From IMG/VR virus record IMGVR_UViG_2684623194_000001, positions 3,803-67,802 of that record: DNA of 64,000 bases; one strand, given 5' to 3'. This DNA is from a virus (Duplodnaviria; Caudoviricetes). A program made the position numbers and the translations under genes. Every line of letters begins with the position of its first letter. The stretch's first letter is position 1. The notes below the pieces were generated by a model. It saw only the letters and a list, made by a program, of their open reading frames with translations. It ran no database searches and was not told the origin of the DNA. Shown here one piece after another: positions 9,331 through 18,774 of the stretch.

Positions 9331-10908
9331 TTATCGCAATCCTAGCGGGTCGGCGTCGGAAGCCGGGACAGTCGGGGCGGCAACGGGGGCGGCGGCTGGC
9401 GGAGCGCCATCCACGCGTGGCTTGTAGTAGGTTCCACCGCGAAGCTCGGAGGCACGGTCACGGTTGAATTCGACACGGCGCTGGACGGCGGCTTTAGCGC
9501 GCTTGATAATCTCTTCACGCACCGCCTTTGGCTGGCTCGACATCCCCTGCACATCAAGGAGAATTGCCCTCTCCCCTTCAGTCGGAGCACCACCGAAGAT
9601 CGCCTTTAGGGAGCCTAGTGCCTGAGTTGTGATGATGTTGTCGTAGGTCTTCGTGGCTTGAGCGGTTTTCGCGTCAGCAACACCATCGGGTACGGCCCAA
9701 TCAGGCAGGTTGTTGCCCATCCAAGTCCGAGCCCCTGCCGTTGCGCCCTCATAAGCGTCAGGGCTTAGCTTCAGAGCCTCATCTAGCAACCCAATCACGC
9801 CATCGCCGTCACGAGCAATGTCGTCCGCTTCCCGAATGGCAAGCCGATCGCCAGCGGTAACGCCCTTATCAGGCGCTGGCAGGGTGCCTGTCAGGATGAA
9901 ACGCTGACCCTCTGGCGAGTTCGGATCAATTCCGTAGCGCTCCGCAAGGCTCTCACGCTGGCTCGCGTCGTTGGCCTCTTTCTGGCTGCTGCGACGCTGG
10001 TTGGCGAGGCTCACTGCAACATCGATTGGCAGGTCTGCCAGATCAGGGTGGTTCTGACGGAGCCAGTCACGCGTGACGTTCTTCTCGCGCTTGGCTTCGT
10101 CTAATGCGAGGCCGTCCATCGCGGCGTTCGCAACGCTCGGGTTCGAGCTGTATGCCTCAGCTTGCTGCGGGGTGAACCCACGACTTACGAGAAGGCTTCG
10201 CATCGCGGCCCGGTCGTTCGCCTTTTCAGCCCGGGCGATATCAAGAGCGTCCTGCCGCTGCCTCTGGCCCTGTCGGTTGGATAGGTTCTCGCTGAACCCC
10301 TGGAGCGGGTTGTTCGACGGCGAAGACATTAGACTGGCACCGATGGCCGAGAGCCAGTCTCCGAAGCCATCAGAGCGGGCAAAGCCGCCCAAACCACCCA
10401 GCCCGCCAGGATTGCTCGTAGACGCCATAGCATCACCACCCAGAGTATCGTCGCCTGCACCGCCAAAGGCCATCGTGTCGCCCGAGCCCGTGACAGGAAT
10501 TTGCGTCGTGGGCGCTACTCCGCTCGGCTCACCAGCGCGAATGCCATCCCATTTGCCGATACCGGCCTTGGCCGCACCGTACCATGGCGACCAGCCGCCG
10601 GCCTTCGCCTGATCCAGCGCGAAATCGATCTGTTGCTGCACTGTGGATGGATCGCGAGGGTCTAGGCCGGTTTGTTCGATGAACGCGTTGCCGAGACCTT
10701 TGCCGTAGCCGGTGCCCTCGCCGCCAACCAGAAGCTGAAACGGGCCATAGGACGGTTCACGTCGTCCATTCTTGCCGAGGGTGGATTGGTAGACGCCCGG
10801 TGCCAAGCCCTCAGATCGCGCAACACGAACGGCCTTGTCGGGGTCCATACCGCGAGCACGAGCACTCTCTCGGATATAAGCCTCTGCGGCCTTCAAATCG
10901 TAAGCCAT
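9331..10908 (-). CDS. DNA ejection protein with N-terminal lysozyme/transglycosylase-like domain
   Basis: N-terminal ...VARSEGL...SYGPFQL...GGWSPWYGA motif; position in the ejection cluster. Confidence 0.7.
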   Translation of the reverse strand: MAYDLKAAEAYIRESARARGMDPDKAVRVARSEGLAPGVYQSTLGKNGRREPSYGPFQLLVGGEGTGYGKGLGNAFIEQTGLDPRDPSTVQQQIDFALDQAKAGGWSPWYGAAKAGIGKWDGIRAGEPSGVAPTTQIPVTGSGDTMAFGGAGDDTLGGDAMASTSNPGGLGGLGGFARSDGFGDWLSAIGASLMSSPSNNPLQGFSENLSNRQGQRQRQDALDIARAEKANDRAAMRSLLVSRGFTPQQAEAYSSNPSVANAAMDGLALDEAKREKNVTRDWLRQNHPDLADLPIDVAVSLANQRRSSQKEANDASQRESLAERYGIDPNSPEGQRFILTGTLPAPDKGVTAGDRLAIREADDIARDGDGVIGLLDEALKLSPDAYEGATAGARTWMGNNLPDWAVPDGVADAKTAQATKTYDNIITTQALGSLKAIFGGAPTEGERAILLDVQGMSSQPKAVREEIIKRAKAAVQRRVEFNRDRASELRGGTYYKPRVDGAPPAAAPVAAPTVPASDADPLGLR

Positions 10909-10912
10909 AGGA

Positions 10913-11908
10913 TCACTTCAGAAGAGAGCTAAGGAGGGTTCCGCCGCCGCCAGTAGCGGTGCCGAGGAGGGATACGCCAGCACCAAGAAGCTGTTGGAAC
11001 CCGCTCGGGCTGTTGTCCGGCGCAACGCCGGTCTGCGTGCTGCCGTAAACCTGCGGCGTGACGCCTAGGAGGCGCTGTAGCGTCGTCCACGGGAGGTCGA
11101 TGCCGGTCTGTGTCAATGCCTGTTGCTGACTGCCGACGCCGAGAAGCTGAGCGAGCGCGTTCATGCGGCGCTGCTGCTCGGAGGATGCGAGGCTGTCCTC
11201 GACGCCCGGGGCCTGGAGATTGTACGAGTTCGTCGCGCCGGCATTGAATTGACTGACACCGTTCGCAGCATTTGCATTGAACTGCGATGTCTCGTTGGCC
11301 GCGCCGGCATTCGTGAGCGCCGTCTGCTGCCGCATCTGAGCATTTGCAAGAGCCGTCGCCGTAGCCTGATCGTGGCCTTGTGCCATCAGCTGCGCGACCG
11401 TGCTGCCGACGCTTTCGATGTGCGAGCGGTCGAGAAGCGCGCGCTGGACGGCCTCCCGCGACCCGCCGAAGCTGCCAGACGCCGCAGCACGAGCGCCGAT
11501 CTCGGCCGCCGATGCATTTTTCTCGCGCGTCATTCGCTCAAGCGTCGGCGTGATGACACCGGAGACGAACGGGTTGAACGCAGCCTGCACATCGCCCGGA
11601 TTGACCTGCGCCGCCGTGGCGTTCGTGACGCTGGCGTTCGACGCGGTGGCCGTCGCTGGGTTTGCCGCTGGACGACGAACCGGAGTGCTCGTGAACGCGG
11701 TCTGGGCCATGTCGCGGGCGAGGTCGAAGCCCTTCATCTGGTCCGGGTTGAAGCCGGCCACGCCATATTTCGGCACTTGAAGGAATGGCGTTGCCATCGC
11801 CGAGCCGGCATTGGATGCGGTCTGCTGCGCGCCCGAGATCCACGCCGGGTATTCCGTCGTCTGCGTCGTCTGTTGGGTCTTGTTGCCGCCGCCGAACAAT
11901 CCGGGCAT
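10913..11908 (-). CDS. DNA ejection/pilot protein (P22 gp7-like position)
   Basis: N-terminal MPGLFGGG..QTTQTT, central GSFGGSR motif, Gly-rich C-terminus; first ejection gene. Confidence 0.7.
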   Translation of the reverse strand: MPGLFGGGNKTQQTTQTTEYPAWISGAQQTASNAGSAMATPFLQVPKYGVAGFNPDQMKGFDLARDMAQTAFTSTPVRRPAANPATATASNASVTNATAAQVNPGDVQAAFNPFVSGVITPTLERMTREKNASAAEIGARAAASGSFGGSREAVQRALLDRSHIESVGSTVAQLMAQGHDQATATALANAQMRQQTALTNAGAANETSQFNANAANGVSQFNAGATNSYNLQAPGVEDSLASSEQQRRMNALAQLLGVGSQQQALTQTGIDLPWTTLQRLLGVTPQVYGSTQTGVAPDNSPSGFQQLLGAGVSLLGTATGGGGTLLSSLLK

Positions 11909-11909
11909 C

Positions 11910-12068
11910 CTACAAATCCTTCACGAAATTGACGCTTAGACACTCGTACCCAACGGCCTTGAGTGGTTTGCGAAAGCCTTCCCGGCAGTCCGCAAGCGAG
12001 AGAGTGGCGCCCTTCAAAATCGGCCACAGCCGATCAAGTTCGGCAATCTGGATGAATGCCGCGTCCAT
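11910..12068 (-). CDS. Very short (52 aa) protein between gp10 and the ejection genes; possibly internally deleted
   Basis: Start coupled to the gp10 stop (TGATG); ends ...VGYECLSVNFVKDL immediately before the next gene. Confidence 0.45.
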   Translation of the reverse strand: MDAAFIQIAELDRLWPILKGATLSLADCREGFRKPLKAVGYECLSVNFVKDL

Positions 12069-14221
12069 CAGCGTTTCGCCTCTGTCGGGCGGATATCGAG
12101 CGACTGAGCACCCCATCTGGCCGAGCGGGAGTTTGTGCCGTTCGAAAACTCAATCTGTGCCACCCGGCCGAGCTGCCGGAATGCGATTTCCGAGGTCTCG
12201 GGCTTCACCTCATAGGTTCGCGTTGTGAAGCTTGGCCCGCGCGCCCACTGCCAGAAGCTGAAGGTGGCATTGATGTTGCCGACCTGTCGGGAGAAGTCAG
12301 GCACATAGCGGAGGACGGCAAAGAGCGTGTCGCCGTCTCCGACATTGAAACGCCCGGTCTTCAGGCGCCATTGCAGCGGATCGCCATTGGCCGTGACCCC
12401 GCGCTCCTGGAAAAACGCCTGGAGGCTGACGGGATCGAACGCGATCGGGTGCGGGAAGACGCCGGCTCGGACCCACGTTGTCCGCGCCATCTCGCCGAAG
12501 AACCACTCGTTGGAGGCCCAATTATAGGCGATATACCGAGAGCACTCGTTCGTCCCGTCCCGCTTGTCGGGGTAGAAGAACCAGACCTCGTTGAACTCTG
12601 CATTGATGCCTGCGAACACCTTGTCGGACTGGCTGTTGGCGAGGTTCTGCCAAACATAATCGCGGTTCGGGCATTCGATGATTTGAGGCTCACCGCCACG
12701 GAAGATGTAGAACTGGCCGTTCCGGCCGAGCCAGAATGCCATACCCTGGTGTTCGGCCGCTGCGTTCTTGCCGAGAAGACCACAACCCGTGCCGGAGAGT
12801 TCGAAGGCAAACGGATCGGTCGCCGTGCCCGTAAAGCGCATCGTGTAAAGCGCATCGTCTGTCCAGATAAGGTTCTGGCCTCGCGTCGGAAGCCCGCCGA
12901 TGATGCGGGACCCACGGGCGAGGATCGCCTCCCCGGCGAGATTGTCCTCGTCTGCCAGCCAGACCGTGTTGCGCTCGCGGTCGGACCAGCGGACACAGAG
13001 CGGATTGTAGTCGCCGTCGCTCTCCACTGTGCCGTAGCAGACCACGATGCGGTTCGGGTCCACGAACATGCCACGCGAATAGGCCGGGGCCGACTGGATG
13101 CGATAGGCTTCGCTCTCGGCCTTGATAGAGATGGAGCGGATTTGGCCGGCGAAGGTGTTGTTCTTCGCCAGAATGAGCTTGGTCGGATTGGCCGGCGCGT
13201 AGAAGCGGCGACGATAGATACCGGTGGCCGCAATCGGGTCGCCCACGAACTCGCGGATCGGCGTGTTGCTCTCGTTGAGGTCGGCGCGTTCGACTTGGAG
13301 CCGAACCGATCCCGCCGTCACCGTGGCGTCGATCTCCATCACGTAGACGAGGCCACCACGCAGCTTGCCGGTCACATCTTGCGTCAGGTCGGAAGCCGTG
13401 CCTGCCGTGGCGTTGGCTTGTCCGCCCGAGATGGACCAGCCCGTGCCTGCCGTCCAATCAGTGGTCGCGTCGAACGAGCCGTTGGCAAGCACCTCGTCAT
13501 AGGACGTGAGCGGTTGCCACTCGAAGAGGCCGCCATTGTTCCGGAGCGCAAGGAGGTTGGAGCCCCAATTGTCGAGCGACCAGACGGCCGGGTCGATATC
13601 GCCGCCAGTCGGAAGGCCATAGGCGCCGAGGCCATAAAGGCCAGTGCCGTAGCCCGTTCCGCCGACGCCATCCACGAGACCGGCATCAAGGGGCACGACG
13701 AAGTCCACATATCCGCCGCCGGTTGCAGTAGACGTGGCAGCGGTCGGCGCTTCGATCGTGTAGCTGTCGTAGGTGGCGACCGTGACCGGGAAGTTGCCGT
13801 TGAGCGTGAGGCCGCCAACTGCCTGAGCATGGGTGAACGTGACGATATCGCCCGTCTTCAAACCATGGTCGAGGTCGCGCACCCGCACGGTCTTCGAGGC
13901 ATTCGTGGTCGTGAACGGGTCCGTCAGCGTGCCAGCGGCTTTGTCCGGGGTGATGTCCACGAACGAGCCGCCGAAATACTGGATGAGCTGCGAGGCATTT
14001 CCGAAGGCCAAGGCGCGGTCACCAGACGAGGCGGCCCATGCGTGCGCGCCGCGTACCGGCTTCAGGTACGTGTCAGAGGATAGAAGCTCCCAGCCTCCAA
14101 CGATCTCCGGACGACCACCGACGAACCGCACGTGATTGCCATCCACATAGCGGCTTTCGGACAAGGCTTCGCTGTCGTCGGCGAATAGGCCGGACTGGAA
14201 GTCGATAGCGGTCAGGGGCAT
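12068..14221 (-). CDS. Tail hub / packaged-DNA stabilisation protein (P22 gp10-like) with inserted beta domains
   Basis: Propeller-like motifs (VRWSD, GTGCGLLG, YIAYNWASNEW); position after the fibre and adaptor genes. Confidence 0.75.
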   Translation of the reverse strand: MPLTAIDFQSGLFADDSEALSESRYVDGNHVRFVGGRPEIVGGWELLSSDTYLKPVRGAHAWAASSGDRALAFGNASQLIQYFGGSFVDITPDKAAGTLTDPFTTTNASKTVRVRDLDHGLKTGDIVTFTHAQAVGGLTLNGNFPVTVATYDSYTIEAPTAATSTATGGGYVDFVVPLDAGLVDGVGGTGYGTGLYGLGAYGLPTGGDIDPAVWSLDNWGSNLLALRNNGGLFEWQPLTSYDEVLANGSFDATTDWTAGTGWSISGGQANATAGTASDLTQDVTGKLRGGLVYVMEIDATVTAGSVRLQVERADLNESNTPIREFVGDPIAATGIYRRRFYAPANPTKLILAKNNTFAGQIRSISIKAESEAYRIQSAPAYSRGMFVDPNRIVVCYGTVESDGDYNPLCVRWSDRERNTVWLADEDNLAGEAILARGSRIIGGLPTRGQNLIWTDDALYTMRFTGTATDPFAFELSGTGCGLLGKNAAAEHQGMAFWLGRNGQFYIFRGGEPQIIECPNRDYVWQNLANSQSDKVFAGINAEFNEVWFFYPDKRDGTNECSRYIAYNWASNEWFFGEMARTTWVRAGVFPHPIAFDPVSLQAFFQERGVTANGDPLQWRLKTGRFNVGDGDTLFAVLRYVPDFSRQVGNINATFSFWQWARGPSFTTRTYEVKPETSEIAFRQLGRVAQIEFSNGTNSRSARWGAQSLDIRPTEAKR

Positions 14222-14230
14222 GGATGCGCC

Positions 14231-15034
14231 TTAGAATGTCGCTCGGAAGGGGCCGTTGCCCCACGACCCGCCGAAGCCATTGGCGGCCTGCATGCCCGTG
14301 TCGGTCTGGCCTCCGGGGCGATAAACCGGGCTGTTTACGTTGGAGAACGAGCCGCCCGCGCCGGTCGGGTTGTAGGTCTTGTTGAAGTTGGCCCCGAGCG
14401 ACTTTTGCCACTCGCTCATCATGTCGGTCTGGCTTTTCTGCCAAGCTGCCATCTGGTCCTGAAGCAGCTTCTGGTACTGATCTACGCCGCCGAGGCCGCC
14501 GAGGCCGCCTGTACTGCCCGTACTGCCAATTGCTGGTGTGGTCGGCGGGGTATAACCGGGAATTGTCGCGGGTCGGCCGTTCTGAGCCCCGCCCGTGTAG
14601 CCGCTTAACGAGTCTGCGAGAGCTATGGTTTTGGCGTAGTCAGGGCCGCCAAAGGTTGCAGCCCCGGTTGTAGGGTTGATGCTTGTGGCATATCCAGAGC
14701 CCCAATTACGCCCTTCATTCTTTCCAAATGTGTTGTAATGCTCCAGCGCACTTGAGAAGGCCCCGCTTCGAACACCCTGCGCCACATCAGGGTTGGCGAT
14801 GAGATAATCTCGTCCGAAGTATGCAAGTTCAGGAGCGATGTTGCTCTGATAGGCCCAATTGTCGCGCGAGAGAGAACCGCCAGCCGAGGCAGCATTATAG
14901 ATCGTGCTGTTCGGAGCGCGCCCTTCCAGAATGCCGAACTGCTGGAAATGGGTGAGCGGGTTGATACCTGCAGCGGCGACATCGGGGTTGTTCGCGAGAT
15001 ACCAAGAGGCGTCGAAGTCAGAAACGGATGCCAT
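14231..15034 (-). CDS. Virion-region protein with two YL..NPDVA...HF/Y..FG..EGR repeats
   Basis: Repeats WYLANNPDVAAAGINPLTHFQQFGILEGR and DYLIANPDVAQGV...HYNTFGKNEGR. Confidence 0.65.
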   Translation of the reverse strand: MASVSDFDASWYLANNPDVAAAGINPLTHFQQFGILEGRAPNSTIYNAASAGGSLSRDNWAYQSNIAPELAYFGRDYLIANPDVAQGVRSGAFSSALEHYNTFGKNEGRNWGSGYATSINPTTGAATFGGPDYAKTIALADSLSGYTGGAQNGRPATIPGYTPPTTPAIGSTGSTGGLGGLGGVDQYQKLLQDQMAAWQKSQTDMMSEWQKSLGANFNKTYNPTGAGGSFSNVNSPVYRPGGQTDTGMQAANGFGGSWGNGPFRATF

Positions 15035-15103
15035 GGGCACTCTCCGAATACGAAAAAGACCCGCGTGAGCGAGCCTGAGAAGGGTCTGCGATGGATGGCC
15101 GAG

Positions 15104-15805
15104 TTAGGTGCCGATCGCTCGGACGGTGACAGAGACGTTCGCGCCAGCTTTAGTGAATGGGCCTGCCGTAAGAAGCAGCGTCCCACGCGAGATCATGGCT
15201 TGGACGGTGCAGCCAGTCACAGACGATGTGAGGATGCCGCCAGCAACCAACTGCTCGCCGCTCCAAGTGTCCAACACTTCGATGTCGAGAAGCGAGGCGA
15301 ATGGTTGCTTAAAGGTGATGGTGGCAATGCCATTCGCGTTCGTTAGCTCGGAAAAGCGCATGAACTTTAGCGCCGGCTTGTCCTCCAGCGCCTTCACCCG
15401 AGCAGCCAGAGCCGAGATTGCTTGCGCTCTAGCCGTGGCCTCAGCCGTGTCCGCATTGGCTCGCGCTGTGGCTTCTGCCGTATCGGCGTTCGCTCTTGCC
15501 GTGACCTCGCCGCTCACAGATGTTGTGCGGGCTGAGACCTCGTCAGTGAGGGCCTTTGAGAGAGCCTGAAGCGCTGCAACACGGGCCTGCGTCTCGGCGT
15601 CCAGCTTGGATTGGCTGATAGCGCCGATCTCCAGCGCATGCAGCCGGTCCGCCAAATCCTGCTCTACGGCGGCGCTGATCTGGCGCAGCGTGTCGAGCGA
15701 CACGAGGCCCGGCCCCTCCGCACCGTCTATGATGCGCAGAAGCATTTTCGGATCGGCGGTCGAGTACAGGACCGCAGTGTTTTCAGGCGGGAGCACGCTA
15801 GGCAT
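15104..15805 (-). CDS. Coiled-coil fibre/needle-like protein
   Basis: Repeats of EATARANADT; small C-terminal beta domain. Confidence 0.6.
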   Translation of the reverse strand: MPSVLPPENTAVLYSTADPKMLLRIIDGAEGPGLVSLDTLRQISAAVEQDLADRLHALEIGAISQSKLDAETQARVAALQALSKALTDEVSARTTSVSGEVTARANADTAEATARANADTAEATARAQAISALAARVKALEDKPALKFMRFSELTNANGIATITFKQPFASLLDIEVLDTWSGEQLVAGGILTSSVTGCTVQAMISRGTLLLTAGPFTKAGANVSVTVRAIGT

Positions 15806-16130
15806 TGGAGGGCGCCAAAATCCTGTCTGTCTCGGCTTGGCCGAAAGCTTGCAACATTGTGGCTTGGAGAAGCGCGAACTCTTCCGTGGAATGGTCGAGA
15901 TACTGCGCGTCGTCCCAGAGCCGGCGCATCCGAACGTCCAGCTTGGTCAGTTCGGTGTCGATGGCGGCGGCTTGCTCTTCGGTTGAGCGCCGCCACACAT
16001 CAGCTTTGTAGGTGATGGTAGCCTGAGATATTAGGGGTGGATCACTCTGCATCTTCTGATACTCGGCCCATTCGGCATCGGTGAGCGGGACGATTTGGCC
16101 GTCCACCATTTTATTCGGGCGGACCATCAC
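15798..16130 (-). CDS. Putative tail fibre assembly/chaperone protein
   Basis: 110 aa, coupled to the fibre gene; begins NKMVDGQIVPLTDAE. Confidence 0.5.
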   Translation of the reverse strand: MMVRPNKMVDGQIVPLTDAEWAEYQKMQSDPPLISQATITYKADVWRRSTEEQAAAIDTELTKLDVRMRRLWDDAQYLDHSTEEFALLQATMLQAFGQAETDRILAPSNA

Positions 16131-17998
16131 GATTTCCTCATGCCATAAAGTTTGAAAGTACCGGAGGCGATGTTGCCGGAGCCCATGAACAATCGAACCG
16201 CATTTACGGCCGCTACTGCCCGCCTATTCCCGCTCGTTATCCCTGTTGCCAACTGATCCCCACCCGGAGGCGTGAAAGTCGATATCGTCCTGATTTGGGT
16301 CCCTTCAGTGGTCGAGGCTGGTCTAGAGATCACTACCTCACCGCTAGCCCCACCAAACTGTTGCCCCAACCTCAACCCATTCAGAAACCCAGCCACAGGG
16401 ATAAGGCTATTGGCAGGGCTTCCGCCGCCGTTATTTACTCCGTTTAAGGACTCTAAAACTGAATGTGAGTAGTCAGTCGAACCAGCATCGAAACTTGAAC
16501 CGTTATTGGCGGATGTCCTGAGGTTAAAGTTTGTGTCAGCGGAGGGGACGACATTCTGAAAGTGAATGACATATTCATCGTAGGCGTTTGACAGTCCTGT
16601 GAAGTCCACCGCTGCCACAGCCGACGACACCGTTTGAGCCGAAATGAAGACTAAACCGGGGACTGGTGGCGCCGGGGCCAAAGCGGCAATGGCTTGGGCC
16701 ACGCGCAGCGGGTTCATGGACTTGCCGGTAGCGGTTCCGGCCTGCGCCTCAGCTTGAGTGGCGAAGTCTGCTGAGATGGTGCGATCTGCCGATAGATCGC
16801 CGCCGCCTGTCAAGCCGGTCCCAGTTGAGACTAACCGTGTTTTAGGGACATAATCCGCAGCAGCAGGAACAGGAGATTGCCAAGCAGCCCCATTCCAAAC
16901 ACGCATTTCATTGGAAGCCGCATTGAAATATAGAGCCCCGACGAGCAAAGCGTTGCCATCGTTGTCAGTCGTCGGGTTGGCGGCCTTGCTACCTAGATAG
17001 CGGTCATCAAACGCATCGTAGGAGTCTGCCGCAGCGCTCGCACTCGCGCTTGCGCTCGAAGCAGAATTGGCAGATGAAGTTGCGCTGCTAGCGGCGTCCG
17101 ACGCGTAGCTTTTGGCGCTTTTATTGGACGTTCCATCTGGGCTAACGGCATCCATAGCCCAAGCCTTCGAAGAGCCACCAGTCGCCGTCAGATCACCAAC
17201 GGCATACTCTTTAGCGGAGAACTCGCTAGAGGCGACCGCGCTGCCCGTCTTGGATGCCCATTGCTGCGCCGATCCAGCCGGAACCGTTGTGCCTACTGCG
17301 TGCTCGCGGGCAGAGTAATCTGTGCCCGAAACAGCCGAGCCGACCCTCAGCGACCATTGCCTAGCCGATCCCGAAGGCACAGCAGAGCCCGAGGCGTACT
17401 CTTTTGCAGCGTACTCGGCGCCATCAACTGTGGAGCCAGTCTTCGTCGCCCAGCCTTTAGCCGAACCGGCTGGCGCTGTCGTACCGACCGCATATTCCTT
17501 GGCCGAATAGTCTGTGCCTGCGACCTGAACACCGGTGAGCGAGGCCCAAGACTGCGCGAGATCGCGCGCGGCCTGCGCGGCGATCCGGGCGTTGTCAGTG
17601 TCGGCCACCCAATCAACGACCGACACGTCAGCGCCGTTGCAGAGGACCAGAGCCTTCCGCCCCGGAGGCAGCACGCCCGCTGCATTCCCAACCGTGAACG
17701 TGATGGCGTAGGTAGATCCACGGTTTTCGACATAGCGAAGCCGTTTGACCGGCGGGAGGGTAACGGTCGGAGCCGATGTCAGGCCGCCATCGGTGAACGC
17801 CAAAGCCGCCTTGCGAGCTTGGTTCGGTTGGTTCATCGTGTTCGACAGAGACAGATTGCCCGTGAGCGGAATGACCTCGAAGCTCTGGCTATCGTCCACC
17901 AGCCGCAGAGCCTGATTGAGACGAGCGCCCCACGCGTTTAGATTTTCCCCGGTCTCCTGAAGCTCAAGCCCGAGAATGTCGGTGTAGGTTGACGGCAT
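16127..17998 (-). CDS. Tail fibre protein with 32-aa repeats
   Basis: Internal AxxWA...YSAKEYA repeats, FDDRYLG/ALYFN and GTGLTGGGDL motifs; more AT-rich C-terminal module. Confidence 0.75.
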   Translation of the reverse strand: MPSTYTDILGLELQETGENLNAWGARLNQALRLVDDSQSFEVIPLTGNLSLSNTMNQPNQARKAALAFTDGGLTSAPTVTLPPVKRLRYVENRGSTYAITFTVGNAAGVLPPGRKALVLCNGADVSVVDWVADTDNARIAAQAARDLAQSWASLTGVQVAGTDYSAKEYAVGTTAPAGSAKGWATKTGSTVDGAEYAAKEYASGSAVPSGSARQWSLRVGSAVSGTDYSAREHAVGTTVPAGSAQQWASKTGSAVASSEFSAKEYAVGDLTATGGSSKAWAMDAVSPDGTSNKSAKSYASDAASSATSSANSASSASASASAAADSYDAFDDRYLGSKAANPTTDNDGNALLVGALYFNAASNEMRVWNGAAWQSPVPAAADYVPKTRLVSTGTGLTGGGDLSADRTISADFATQAEAQAGTATGKSMNPLRVAQAIAALAPAPPVPGLVFISAQTVSSAVAAVDFTGLSNAYDEYVIHFQNVVPSADTNFNLRTSANNGSSFDAGSTDYSHSVLESLNGVNNGGGSPANSLIPVAGFLNGLRLGQQFGGASGEVVISRPASTTEGTQIRTISTFTPPGGDQLATGITSGNRRAVAAVNAVRLFMGSGNIASGTFKLYGMRKS

Positions 17999-18132
17999 CA
18001 GGGGGTCTCCAGCGTCTTGACGCGCTTCTCAAGGTCCGCGATCTGCTTCTTGAGCCGATCGACCTCGGCATTCACTTCTCGAGCGAGAGCGTGCGCCCAC
18101 GAAGGCGCCTGACCATCGGCTTGAACGCTCAT
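17998..18132 (-). CDS. 44-aa coiled-coil protein (below the ORF-track size cutoff)
   Basis: Read manually: MSVQADGQAPSWAHALSREVNAEVDRLKKQIADLEKRVKTLETP; stop overlaps the fibre start (TGATG). Confidence 0.6.
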   Translation of the reverse strand: MSVQADGQAPSWAHALAREVNAEVDRLKKQIADLEKRVKTLETP

Positions 18133-18136
18133 GGGC

Positions 18137-18772
18137 TTAGCCTCGTGTGATGCTGAAACGGCTGGTCAGGAGCGCGGGGTCGACGGTCGCCGTCGTCAGG
18201 CGCGAGCGGCTGATCTGCCAGCCGATGGAATTGATGGCCTCTTCGGCCAGAGCCTTCCACTTCGCCAGCGAGGCATCGTCCATGACGAAGGCGGCACCCC
18301 ATCCAAGGGACGCAGCGAGATAAACGTCAGGATGGTTCTCGATCAGCCAGTTCGTCGGCTTGTCGTCGGACAGCGCGAACTTGGCCCGGTAGCGGAAAGA
18401 AAACGAATAGGCGCGGTCGCAGGGCGTGTCGATCTGGATATTCGAACCGTTGATGGCCCAAGCATTCGGAGAGCCCTGCCCGCTTTGGAGAGGCATCTCG
18501 CCAGCCACATCAGGGCGAAGCTCGACATAGGATCCGCCGCTCGTGAGATGGAGCGAGATAGGCTCCACGAAATCGGCCGGGAGTGCGAGATTGCGAGAGC
18601 CGACCTCCCCGGTGAGGGGAAGATCGGTTTCAGTGAACATCGGTTGAAGCTCACGGTTGAGGTGAGCCTCGCCTAGTCGGATAAACCCTTTGACGGCGCC
18701 CTCGAACTCGGCGTCACCCACCCGAAGCGCATAGAGAGGGATATCCCGCTGGAGGTCCGAGTACGCCGTCAT
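18137..18772 (-). CDS. Head-tail adaptor (P22 gp4-like position)
   Basis: FIRLGEAHLNR, LPADF and NWL..HPDVYLAASL motifs. Confidence 0.75.
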   Translation of the reverse strand: MTAYSDLQRDIPLYALRVGDAEFEGAVKGFIRLGEAHLNRELQPMFTETDLPLTGEVGSRNLALPADFVEPISLHLTSGGSYVELRPDVAGEMPLQSGQGSPNAWAINGSNIQIDTPCDRAYSFSFRYRAKFALSDDKPTNWLIENHPDVYLAASLGWGAAFVMDDASLAKWKALAEEAINSIGWQISRSRLTTATVDPALLTSRFSITRG

Positions 18773-18774
18773 GG

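Noticed and set aside
12056-14083. 675-aa plus-strand ORF (likewise 19354..20436, 22462..23538 and 59504..60550)
   Set aside because: Antisense shadows of well-supported minus-strand genes in high-GC DNA; no recognisable motifs.
16127-17998. Diversity-generating retroelement or invertible fibre cassette
   Set aside because: No reverse transcriptase, invertase or template/variable repeat pair was seen; the repeats are protein-level and degenerate.
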